A DNA stretch of 63,982 nt, the filler included, from an uncultured bacterium (GTDB lineage: Bacteria > CAZSTA01), in assembly GCA_964609495.1 (NCBI GenBank). It is 5 parts of 5 records of this genome, joined end to end, with 100 filler letters (N's around TTAATTAATTAA, not from the genome) between each part and the next. Parts side by side here need not be neighbours in the genome. Positions count along the whole stretch, not along the records: positions 1 to 13,861 come from CAZSTA010000089.1; 4 more parts are not named here. The stretch is one strand, 5' to 3'. The notes beneath the pieces are model-generated. The model was not told the origin of the DNA. It was given only the letters and a program-made list of their open reading frames with translations, and did not search any database. Shown here piece by piece: positions 1 to 8,822 of this stretch; positions within the stretch are counted from its first letter, which is position 1; every line of letters begins with the position of its first letter. Both the position numbers and the translations under genes were made by a program.

Positions 1-171
1 CGATGCATATAAAATTAGGGACTCGGAAAACATTGGATATCACTCCCAACTCCTCCTCTTAAAGGAGAGGAGAAATTGAAATGCAGATGGAGAGAGAGAC
101 AATCCTCCCTTTCCTCTGAGAAGAGGAAGGCAGAGAAGTAAGATATCAGGTCCCCGATTTTATATGCTTCC
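1..171. mobile_element. MITE-like element with imperfect terminal inverted repeats and two internal hairpins
   Basis: 1-22 CGATGCATATAAAATTAGGGAC versus revcomp of 150-171 GGAAGCATATAAAATCGGGGAC (18/22). Internal hairpins CTCCTCTT/GGAGAGGAG and TTCCTCT/AGAGGAA. The TIR resembles the GTAAGCATGTAAA end of the 12499 element. The left flank lies outside the window. Confidence 0.55.
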
Positions 172-195
172 TATATTTCTCCCTTCTCCTGCTAT

Positions 196-224
196 ATTTT
201 ACAATAAAAAACTCGAACTGTCAA
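196..224 (-). promoter_or_regulatory. sigma70-type promoter (leftward)
   Basis: Minus strand TTGACA-17 bp-TAAAAT. Confidence 0.55.
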
Positions 225-508
225 GTCCTTCCCTCAAAAATTTATTAGCTCTACGGAAATTTACGGGACGATCCCTTACTCCCAAATAAGTTACCGCTAG
301 AAATAACCAGAAAGGTTATCAAAAGCTTGAGGATATCACAATTGGAGAAGAGATACATCCCCGAGGACAGAGGGGATAATATGGTTAAACTCTCGTTTTT
401 ATACGCATCCCTAACCTGACCAATATAGTTGTTTTTTTCTCTAATTTATGTTAAAATTAAATTGGTTGTAAAACTTATAAAAACGACAAGGGTGAAATGA
501 AGTAAACT

Positions 509-2425
509 ATGAAGTTGAAAGCTAAGATTGTGATCTTTACGATAATTCTGTTGTTAGGATGGGGAATAACCAGCTCGGTTTACTCCGCTGGTCGTATAAC
601 TATGGAGGTAACCGTAGGTTTTGATGGGATCTTTCGCCTGGAGAAATGGACTCCGATCCAGATAATATTAAATAACGAGGGAGAAGACATAATTGGAGAG
701 ATAACAGCGGAAGTGACCGAAGGAATACAATACAAGGATAATCTTTTAGTTAGTAGCTATTCTCAATTAGTTATTCTGCCCTCTCGTTCTAGAAAAAGAT
801 ATGTTCTCTACGTACCTTTAAACCAATTCAACCATCCTCTACGTATTAAGCTTACCTCGGCTGGAAGAATCTTATTAAACGGACAGATAAACCTACGCTC
901 TCTGCAAACCGATTTAGATATAGTGCTGGTTTTAAGCGAGGAAGAAGCTGGTTTGAATTTCCTCTCCTTTTTCTTCCCTCAACTACGAATAACTTATTCT
1001 AAGGTGGGGCAATTGCCCGATAAATGGAAGGGATATGAGGGATTAAAAGCTATAATAATCGGAGATGTGTCGCTGAGAAATCTTACCACTGCTCAGGAAG
1101 TAGCTCTCGAGAGATGGGTATATCAAGGGGGAACGTTAGTGGTCACTGGGTCTGCAGACCTCAGTAGATTTGGAAAGACATCTCCAGGTGATCTCCTTCC
1201 AGTTACGATAATCGGCACTGAAATCCTATCCCATTTAAACTCTTTAGAGGAGAATTATGATCAGAAATTGAATATCGATTCTGATTTTGTAGTTTATAAT
1301 TCAAAGTTAAGAGAAGGGAGGATCATATTAAAAGAGGGCGATATTCCAATTCTAGCTGAGGTAAAGAGAGGATGGGGAAGAGTTGCCTTCCTCGCCTTAG
1401 ATTATGAGCACTCCCCGCTTAAAGGTTGGGCTGGAGAACCAGCAATATGGAAAGATATCCTAGGCATAAAGACCAAAATATATTTAGAGACTAAGTTGAA
1501 AGAAGTTAATAGAGGGGAGGATATGCTCAGAATTCAGGGGCTAGACTTTCCTCCTTATGATATGATCGGTTTGTTTTTACTGATCTATGTTTCCCTATTC
1601 AGCTTAACCTACTTCTATATATCTCGAAGAGCTAAACATAAACTTGGTCTTTTGCTCTCTACTCTTCCAGCGATAGTGATATTATTTAGCCTTATGGGAT
1701 ACTACTTCTTAGCTTATGGAGTAGCCGAGAAAAATATCGTAGTAACCGAGCTATCCACTCTGGATATTCCTCCGGGTCATAAGTCGGCTCAAGTCAGTAC
1801 TGACTTAGGGCTATTTTCCCCTCAGGAGGATAGCTACGGATTATACTTTCCCTCTAACGATGTATTTATCTCCCTACCTGGTTACGGTAAGGGGAGCCAG
1901 AGGAAAATAAATGTTCTCGAGGAGGAAACTCCTCGAATAAGAGATATCAATATGGATTCCTATTCGAATCGATTATTCAAGATTGAACACTATGTGCAAT
2001 TCCCTACTGAGGTCTGGATATCAGATAAAGAAACAACTGCTGTGATCTCTAATAATACTATTTACGATTGGAAGGAGTGTCTTCTCATAATTGAGGATAG
2101 TGTCTATTCCATAGGCAATATTGCCTCTATGGGAGAGAGAAATATCGATCTCATATCCTCACAACTTCCCTCCCATAAATCTGATGTTTTATCTGCTATA
2201 AGAAAGTGGTATAATGATTCTACCGAGAATATCTCTTTGAAGGAACTTAAACTCTTGCTGATAAAGGATAATTTAGCAGGTAGAAATAAAGATGAGGGGG
2301 CTCTATTGATAGGTTGGATGGAGGATCCTTTAGCCGATATAATTATAAACTACTCCTCAACTGAGGAAAGTATAAATACCTTCAAACATAAAGCTTTGGC
2401 TCTTCTCAAGATATCGATCGAGTAG
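509..2425 (+). CDS. Exported/membrane hypothetical protein with a class I glutamine-amidotransferase-like middle domain
   Basis: 638 aa. N-terminal signal peptide, GFDG...W.PI motif, 'LP..W.GY.GL..III.D...L...Q..ALERWV..GG.LVV.G' segment, two internal TM helices. Confidence 0.65.
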   Translation: MKLKAKIVIFTIILLLGWGITSSVYSAGRITMEVTVGFDGIFRLEKWTPIQIILNNEGEDIIGEITAEVTEGIQYKDNLLVSSYSQLVILPSRSRKRYVLYVPLNQFNHPLRIKLTSAGRILLNGQINLRSLQTDLDIVLVLSEEEAGLNFLSFFFPQLRITYSKVGQLPDKWKGYEGLKAIIIGDVSLRNLTTAQEVALERWVYQGGTLVVTGSADLSRFGKTSPGDLLPVTIIGTEILSHLNSLEENYDQKLNIDSDFVVYNSKLREGRIILKEGDIPILAEVKRGWGRVAFLALDYEHSPLKGWAGEPAIWKDILGIKTKIYLETKLKEVNRGEDMLRIQGLDFPPYDMIGLFLLIYVSLFSLTYFYISRRAKHKLGLLLSTLPAIVILFSLMGYYFLAYGVAEKNIVVTELSTLDIPPGHKSAQVSTDLGLFSPQEDSYGLYFPSNDVFISLPGYGKGSQRKINVLEEETPRIRDINMDSYSNRLFKIEHYVQFPTEVWISDKETTAVISNNTIYDWKECLLIIEDSVYSIGNIASMGERNIDLISSQLPSHKSDVLSAIRKWYNDSTENISLKELKLLLIKDNLAGRNKDEGALLIGWMEDPLADIIINYSSTEESINTFKHKALALLKISIE

Positions 2426-2440
2426 CAGAAATCATTCTTC

Positions 2441-2469
2441 TTGACAACAAGCTCAAAATGGTATATGAT
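2441..2469 (+). promoter_or_regulatory. Promoter for the TA-like pair
   Basis: TTGACA-17 bp-TATGAT upstream of 2535. Confidence 0.6.
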
Positions 2470-2534
2470 AAAGATAGTAATTGAACTTTCTAACTAACGC
2501 CCAGCTAGAAGATCTCAATTTGATTTATTGACAG

Positions 2535-2789
2535 ATGAGCATAACCTATACGAAGCACTCAAAGACGAAGTTTGAAGTACTTAAAAAGCATGGATTCGAA
2601 TTAACAGAGAATCAAGTAGAAGATGTGATTCTTAATCCTGATGATGTTATCTCTGCAGAAGGTGAGACATTTATTGCCCAAAAGAGTATAGATGAAACAC
2701 ATTTATTGAGGGTTATATATCGGACATAAAATAGTGACTATATCATCATAACCTTCTATCCAAGCAGGAGAAAGCGATATGAAAGTTAA
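2535..2789 (+). pseudogene. DUF4258 (RelE-like) toxin interrupted by an internal TAA
   Basis: Reading through TAA 2727-2729 gives ...HLLRVIYRT*NSDYIIITFYPSRRKRYES*, the typical DUF4258 C-terminus, overlapping the DUF2283 start. Confidence 0.8.
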
Positions 2790-2991
2790 TTATGACAGAA
2801 GTGAAGATATCTTAATGATAGAGATATCTGAAGATAAGATCGATTATGCTGAGAAGGCTGGAACGATTATTGTGCACTTTACTGAGGCTGGAAAGCCAGT
2901 TCTTTTAGAAATTCTATCTGCTAGTGAATTTTTGTCTTCAGTTGTAAAGACGGCGATTAGATCTGAGGAAGAACTATCGGAAGTGGCTTGA
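2779..2991 (+). CDS. DUF2283 family putative antitoxin
   Basis: MKVNYD...DIL.I...G.PVLLEIL.AS pattern, 70 aa, directly after DUF4258. Confidence 0.85.
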   Translation: MKVNYDRSEDILMIEISEDKIDYAEKAGTIIVHFTEAGKPVLLEILSASEFLSSVVKTAIRSEEELSEVA

Positions 2992-3034
2992 GTTTGCCGA
3001 AGAGAATTTGAAGATGGCTGAGATCGTCTAAGTA

Positions 3035-3202
3035 GGCTTACGTTCCCTCTCCCCTTATGGGAGAGGGATAGGGTGAGGGGGAATCATACCTTGAACTCCC
3101 TAACGAAGAACTAAGAATATGATACCCCGATTATAAGTTCAAAAACCAAAAGGGAGGGGGAACTAAAGAGAACCAGCTTATCTCGATGTTCCCTCTCCCC
3201 TT
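3035..3202. repeat. REP-like hairpin cassette, junction of two partial tandem units
   Basis: GTTCCCTCTCCCCTT at both 3042 and 3188. 3106-3159 matches the revcomp of 63928-63982 except for one indel. Confidence 0.85.
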
Positions 3203-3219
3203 TTCTTAAAGACCCATAT

Positions 3220-3732
3220 TTATTTCATCCGCTTTCCAAACTCATCTAAAGAGAATAACTGATCTATTGGTTTCCTACTCTTAGCTGGAGGAGATACATC
3301 GGGGACCCCCAGAGGAGTTAGAGCTACAACCTTTTTATCCGCTGGTATATTCAAGATCTTCTTAACCTCATCCTCTCTAAAAGCTCCAATCCAGCACGTG
3401 CCGTATCCCATACTCGCCGCCGCAATAATGAGATTTTCCATAGCGATGGTTGTATCCACCACACACCACTTCTCACTGACATCGGGCAGAGCTACTCCAG
3501 CTATGACGACATCAGCATCTCCGACCCAAGTTTGACCATTGCAAGCCTCCGCCACTCTCCTCTTTATCCCTGGGTCCTTCACCACTACTATATGCCGTGG
3601 TTGTCTATTAGCCGCTGAAGGCGCTTGTCTAGCCACCTCCAAGAGAGTTTTAAGGTCATCCTCAGGGATATTATCCGGCTTATACTTCCTAATACTCCTT
3701 CTAGCCATAATCGCCTCTATCGTATCCATCAT
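3220..3732 (-). CDS. Nitroreductase family protein
   Basis: RRSIRKY, APSAANRQP and GYGTCWIG motifs. Likely start is the ATG at 3732 after an AAAGGAGAGG SD. Confidence 0.9.
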   Translation of the reverse strand: MMDTIEAIMARRSIRKYKPDNIPEDDLKTLLEVARQAPSAANRQPRHIVVVKDPGIKRRVAEACNGQTWVGDADVVIAGVALPDVSEKWCVVDTTIAMENLIIAAASMGYGTCWIGAFREDEVKKILNIPADKKVVALTPLGVPDVSPPAKSRKPIDQLFSLDEFGKRMK

Positions 3733-3761
3733 ATCCTCTCCTTTCTTAGTTAGAAAATAGT

Positions 3762-4565
3762 TTATTTGTGAACAGAGTTCCAAGCTGTGCTACCGTGGAT
3801 ATATGCCTTCTCGATATGTGGCGCCGCCTCGTCCTTCCTTCCCTGCTGGACTAGCTCACTAGCGATCTCATACTCATTCTTAGCTATTTCCAACTCTTTC
3901 CTTCCAAACTCATCACTAGGTTTGGTGTTCTCGATTATCAACTGATCAAGATAGAGATTCTCATCGATGATATCGAAATCCATAAACTTGGTATTCCTGT
4001 GCCAGACGAAACGATCCGCTAAACCGGAGAATGGCTCAACTTGGCTTGCTTTCCGAGCAACTTCCACTCCACCTTCATAAGCCTTCTTCAGAGCCACCTC
4101 GAAGTTGAATCTACAGACAGGAAGAGGATGGATGCCCCTCAAACTCACGCAGAAGAAGTAGTAATAAAGCGATTTAAGAGCAGAGGTTAATCCCTTACCA
4201 CTGCCCCCAGCTACCGCTATCCCCATAGCTGGCTTGCCATTAGCATTCAGCAAGCGAGTGCGATCGAGGAAATTCTTCGGAATAGCATTCATATCTAGAT
4301 AATATACGGGAGCGCCGAATATTAATCCATAAGCTCTATCCAACTCCTCGTTGAGTTTCGGCAGATCATCCTCGAATTTTGTGCACTTCCCGGTAGTCCA
4401 ACAATTACTTCCTCGGCAGGCTTGACAAGGCTCTATATGATAATCAGCCAAGAACCATCTTTCGACTTCCAAGCCTTGAGATTCAGCACCCTCGACTGCC
4501 TGATCGAGAAGCTGTTGAGTAAGACCATTCCTATGGGGACTCCCATTAATAGCTATGATCTTCAC
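3762..4565 (-). CDS. Iron-sulfur flavoprotein / NADPH-dependent FMN reductase family protein with C-terminal extension
   Basis: INGSPHRNGLT, C-x2-C-x4-C-x5-C cluster, GAPVY. Confidence 0.85.
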   Translation of the reverse strand: MKIIAINGSPHRNGLTQQLLDQAVEGAESQGLEVERWFLADYHIEPCQACRGSNCWTTGKCTKFEDDLPKLNEELDRAYGLIFGAPVYYLDMNAIPKNFLDRTRLLNANGKPAMGIAVAGGSGKGLTSALKSLYYYFFCVSLRGIHPLPVCRFNFEVALKKAYEGGVEVARKASQVEPFSGLADRFVWHRNTKFMDFDIIDENLYLDQLIIENTKPSDEFGRKELEIAKNEYEIASELVQQGRKDEAAPHIEKAYIHGSTAWNSVHK

Positions 4566-4617
4566 CGATTAATCCCCCCTCAAATTGAATATGACCTTCT
4601 TCAGAGTATATCTCTAC

Positions 4618-5130
4618 TCACTCATAAGTTTCCCAAAAAACAATCTCTTCCAAAGGCCTTCGCTTCTCTCCCTCCATAATTTGCGGTTTCTTGGGATAGC
4701 CAACGGGAACAACCGCCATCACCTCGACAGTTTCAGGGAAGCCAACTATATCCGCAACTCCCCTCTCATCAAAAGAGCCGATCCAGCAAGTTCCCAATTC
4801 CTCCTTGACCGCGGTCAGCATCAAATTCTGGATCGCCGCAGCGGTATCCTGAACGCAATATAGATTTATACTTCTTTCACCTTTGCCCTCGATATCCGCT
4901 CCAACCACGATCACCACAGGAGCGGTAGCTATCCAATGTTGCTCGGAGGCTGCCTCAGCTACCGCCTTCTTCCTCTCTTCATCCTGAACGATCACGAATC
5001 TCCAGCATTCGCAGGCATAAGGCGCCCAACGAGCCATATCCAATAATTTCATTATCACCTCCTTGGGAATCGGTTTATCAAGGAATTCCCTCACTGATCT
5101 TCTGGTTTTAATGATCTCCTCTAAAGTCAT
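4618..5130 (-). CDS. Nitroreductase family protein
   Basis: RRSVREF, QDTAAAIQNLML, LGTCWIG, VGYP. Confidence 0.9.
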   Translation of the reverse strand: MTLEEIIKTRRSVREFLDKPIPKEVIMKLLDMARWAPYACECWRFVIVQDEERKKAVAEAASEQHWIATAPVVIVVGADIEGKGERSINLYCVQDTAAAIQNLMLTAVKEELGTCWIGSFDERGVADIVGFPETVEVMAVVPVGYPKKPQIMEGEKRRPLEEIVFWETYE

Positions 5131-5171
5131 AATAAACCCTCCTTTTTAAGTACTCTTTCTCTCTATTAACC

Positions 5172-5201
5172 TTGACATTCAAGCGAACCTTATGTTATAA
5201 T
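5172..5201 (+). promoter_or_regulatory. Consensus promoter oriented antisense to the 5212-7665 gene
   Basis: TTGACA-18 bp-TATAAT with extended -10 TG. Confidence 0.45.
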
Positions 5202-5211
5202 TGATACAATC

Positions 5212-7665
5212 TTAATTCTCCATCTCCGAGCCGAACTTGAATATACCTCTCATCGTCATCCACCCCATAAAGTAGATAGCGCTAGCGATTATTAATACCG
5301 TTGGGAATCCAAAATAGAGAGCTAAGGCTACTGCTAATACTGAACTCACTACCGAGGCACAACTATTCACTCCCCAAGCCCAGGGGATCAGAGATGGGTA
5401 TAAGCTATCGGTAACTCGTATTCCTAGGGGGAAGGGTATCCCCATTACAAACCCTAGAGGGAAGAGCAAGATTATAGCCATAATGATACGGATTAACAAT
5501 CCCTGTCCTAAGAGAAGGTCGAATATCACTGATAGGGAAAAGGTGTATATCAAGATCAGCGCTCCTAATAATATCAGCAATATCGACAGATTTCTTTTTA
5601 TCTTATCTATTCCGAACTTTCGAGATACGAAGCTTCCTAAACCCGAGAAGCTCAAAAGCGAAAATAGAATAACCGAGAGCGCATATACAGGATGACCAAG
5701 GAAGAGGATAAATTTTTGAATAAGGGCTATCTCCACAAACATATATCCTAAGCCTAAGCAGAGGAAGTAGAAGAGGATTCGATGACGAAGTCCCTTGGGG
5801 GCGATTCCTTCGCTTTTATCCCTTCTTCTGAGTAGGGGAAGCAGAATAAGTATTATACCAGCGAGTAGTGCTTGACCTAAGACAGCCGCTAGTATAAGAT
5901 CGCCCCATAGGATAAATGGTTCCCATCTTCTTCCCATAGATTTGTAGAGGGAGAATATATTGCTCCACTTAAAGTAATGATAAAAGAAGGGGCGATCATC
6001 GGTAACTGGCCCTATATCTATGATATAATCTCGATAAAACTGTCTCCTATCATCAGTCGAGATGAGTCCTGATATCGCTCGATAATAATATGGCTCGGGA
6101 AGGTTATTATAGATATTAACCTCCTCACTCTTGATCGAAGGAAGATATACTAGATCAAAATTCATCTCCTTGCAAAACTCCTTTATCTTATCTATCTCTT
6201 CCGGAGTGAATTCGGATCTCTTCAGCAGAAAAGTCCCCATTCCCCAGGTGCGAATCAGAGCGAGATGATTTGGGGGATTTTCCACTCCTATCCGCTCTAA
6301 AGCGGTAAGAGCTAGAGAGGTCAGACGCACAAGATCGCGAGGAGGTAGGAATAACCAACGAGTGATCGAAAGCAATCCTTGCTCTGATAGATGATGATAG
6401 TAATCCTCAAAGGATTGAACGGTATAAAGATAATTCTCGGATAGGCTATAGACACCAGCGGAGGAGGCCGCTAAGGAATCTAATAGCGCTATCTGGATAA
6501 CATCGTATCTCTCTCTACTACTACGAAGGAAACTGCGACCTTCATCAACTACTATTAGCACTCGAGGATCGCTATATATATCCTGAGCGAATCGTCTATA
6601 CTTATTCTCAACTATATCAACTACCAGCGGGTTTATCTCTACTCCAGTCACCGAAGCAGCTCCGTTATATAAAGCAGTTAGGATATCTAGTCCTCCGCCA
6701 CAACCTATGTTCAACACCTCGGCTTCAGTCCGCAGACGATATGGCAGAGCGGTGGGAAGATAGGCGGTGAATTTGAGGTTATCCCAATCGCCTCCATAGT
6801 TAGTGATCGCGCTTAGGGAATCCCCATCGGTAGTTATCCCTAACTGAGGTGGAGGCAACTCCTGATGCTTGAGACTTAAACCCGGAGCACTCCTAATGGT
6901 AGAGCTTTTGACAACATCAACTCGAGCGAGGGAGTTCCATCTGGTTGATAGTACCTCAGTGCCTGGAAATCTCATGAGGGTGGGCAACGTCTTGTAGGGA
7001 GTTATCCTTATCTCTAGGAAGCCCGGAGGAGAAAGGGAGAAGAAGAGCAATATTGCGACCAGAACTACGAGCGGAGGGATAGCTTTCTTAGATGATAAGC
7101 CCAGGCTGAATAGCAGGGCGGCGAAAGCCCCTAAAGTCGCGGCAAATATGATTATTCCACTGCCTCCTAATTGAGCGAGAAAAGGTATCACTAATAAGCA
7201 TCCCATCCCTGATCCGAGAAGGTTGAAGAAATATATCTGATTGGCTCTGCTCGCTTCCTTAGTCAAGATTATCGTCAAACAAGCTCCTGTTAAGAAGAAG
7301 GGGATGGCTAATAAAATATAATATACTAATAGATAGAGGAGCTGCTTTCTATCCACGATCAAGCGGTACTGATCGAAAGGAACGAGATTAGCTATCCCAA
7401 AGCTTATGATACAAGTTACCGCAAATATAGTTGAAAATAGAGTAAGCAGTTTGCTGGAATCTCTCTTTAATAAGGAGGGGAATATCGCTATAAAAGAGCC
7501 ACTAGCTCCAAAGCCTAACAAGGCGAGGCTGATCACCATAAAGGCGAAGTGATGCCATTGAGCCACTGAGAATACCTTAGTCAGTGATACTTCCAGCATT
7601 AGAGTGGCGAGGGAGAGCAGTAATATACCGATGTAAATAGATGTTAGCTTGATCTTATTAGGCAT
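5212..7665 (-). CDS. Membrane-bound spermidine-synthase-like SAM-dependent transferase (TM - class I MTase - TM)
   Basis: Multiple TM helices at both ends. VLNIGCGGG, VEINP, DEGRSFL, ENYLYT, TDDRPFF, PWAWGVN motifs. Confidence 0.85.
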   Translation of the reverse strand: MPNKIKLTSIYIGILLLSLATLMLEVSLTKVFSVAQWHHFAFMVISLALLGFGASGSFIAIFPSLLKRDSSKLLTLFSTIFAVTCIISFGIANLVPFDQYRLIVDRKQLLYLLVYYILLAIPFFLTGACLTIILTKEASRANQIYFFNLLGSGMGCLLVIPFLAQLGGSGIIIFAATLGAFAALLFSLGLSSKKAIPPLVVLVAILLFFSLSPPGFLEIRITPYKTLPTLMRFPGTEVLSTRWNSLARVDVVKSSTIRSAPGLSLKHQELPPPQLGITTDGDSLSAITNYGGDWDNLKFTAYLPTALPYRLRTEAEVLNIGCGGGLDILTALYNGAASVTGVEINPLVVDIVENKYRRFAQDIYSDPRVLIVVDEGRSFLRSSRERYDVIQIALLDSLAASSAGVYSLSENYLYTVQSFEDYYHHLSEQGLLSITRWLFLPPRDLVRLTSLALTALERIGVENPPNHLALIRTWGMGTFLLKRSEFTPEEIDKIKEFCKEMNFDLVYLPSIKSEEVNIYNNLPEPYYYRAISGLISTDDRRQFYRDYIIDIGPVTDDRPFFYHYFKWSNIFSLYKSMGRRWEPFILWGDLILAAVLGQALLAGIILILLPLLRRRDKSEGIAPKGLRHRILFYFLCLGLGYMFVEIALIQKFILFLGHPVYALSVILFSLLSFSGLGSFVSRKFGIDKIKRNLSILLILLGALILIYTFSLSVIFDLLLGQGLLIRIIMAIILLFPLGFVMGIPFPLGIRVTDSLYPSLIPWAWGVNSCASVVSSVLAVALALYFGFPTVLIIASAIYFMGWMTMRGIFKFGSEMEN

Positions 7666-7697
7666 TTTGATTCCAGAAGATTGGGATATCTACAATA

Positions 7698-7726
7698 AAT
7701 ATAGCATAAAATTCGGTAAAAGTCAA
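7698..7726 (-). promoter_or_regulatory. Promoter of the leftward 7665-3220 gene cluster
   Basis: TTGACT-17 bp-TATATT with extended TG. Confidence 0.55.
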
Positions 7727-7802
7727 TTTGAAGCTGATCGAATAAGCCTCGTAACTGCTGGATCGAGTGCAAACGAATATTAGCTAAATGAAAGGAGAAA
7801 AA

Positions 7803-8564
7803 ATGAGAAAGAACGAAGTCAAAGCCAAACTAAAAGCAGGAGAGGTTGCAATCGGTGCATTCATATCATTTCCCTCGGCGACTATCGCTGAGTTCTGCGG
7901 GTATCTGGGATTCGACTTCATCATAGTCGATAGCGAACATGGCCCTATGAATGAGGAAACCTGCGAGAATATGTTAAGAGCCGCGGATGTCGCGGGAACG
8001 GTTCCCATAATCAGAGTTCCTCTAAATATCCCCCAGTTGATCTTGAAGTATCTCGATAGAGGAGCTTTGGGTATCCAAATTCCTCAAATTAATAGTAAGG
8101 AGGATGCTCTAACCGCAGTTCGCTCCGTCAAATACTATCCCGAGGGGATGAGAGGATTAGCTGGTCCAAGATCGGCGCTCTATGGCTTGAATATGTCTCT
8201 TAACGAATACGTCAAACTTGCCAACCAAGAGACGATGCTCATAACTCACGTGGAGAATACCAAAGGGGTTGATAACCTAGGGGAGATGCTGACCGTAGAG
8301 GGGATCGACGTCTTCTTCATCGGTCCGGTGGATCTGTCCCAATCGCTTGGCTATCCAGGTCAGATCACCGAGCCGGTGGTGGAGAAGACTATAGACAAGA
8401 TTATAGAGCAGGTCAGAGGAGCGGGTAGAGCCGTCGGAATCTACGCAGGGAGTGTTGATTTTGCTAAGAAATATATAGATAAAGGCGTGCAGTATATAGC
8501 AACTGGAACTACAGGATTGCTTGCCAAAGCCTCAAGGGAGTTTCTAAAAGAGCTAGGGAGATAA
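7803..8564 (+). CDS. HpcH/HpaI aldolase family protein
   Basis: GFDFIIVDSEHG, LDRGA.GIQIP, YPEGMRG, FIGPVDLSQSLG. Confidence 0.9.
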   Translation: MRKNEVKAKLKAGEVAIGAFISFPSATIAEFCGYLGFDFIIVDSEHGPMNEETCENMLRAADVAGTVPIIRVPLNIPQLILKYLDRGALGIQIPQINSKEDALTAVRSVKYYPEGMRGLAGPRSALYGLNMSLNEYVKLANQETMLITHVENTKGVDNLGEMLTVEGIDVFFIGPVDLSQSLGYPGQITEPVVEKTIDKIIEQVRGAGRAVGIYAGSVDFAKKYIDKGVQYIATGTTGLLAKASREFLKELGR

Positions 8565-8569
8565 GTTCG

Positions 8570-8782
8570 ATGGATGAGACGGAAGAAGAGGGAGAGACTA
8601 TAAATAGAATCCCTCAAGAGATCGTCATATATATTGATCCCGAGGGTGATGTTACTATTTCCAGCCTATTCGCTGATCTATTACCTCTAGCCTATAGTCT
8701 GGACGAAAGCGATGGTTATATCAGGGGATTAATGGAAGCTCAGAGGAAACTACAAGGGGAAGATCATCCTGAGAAACAGTGA
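8570..8782 (+). CDS. Small hypothetical protein
   Basis: 70 aa ORF filling the gap in a co-oriented operon. Confidence 0.55.
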   Translation: MDETEEEGETINRIPQEIVIYIDPEGDVTISSLFADLLPLAYSLDESDGYIRGLMEAQRKLQGEDHPEKQ

Positions 8783-8822
8783 TTTTGGAGGGATAATCAG
8801 AGGGAGATAGATTCTACCGCTA

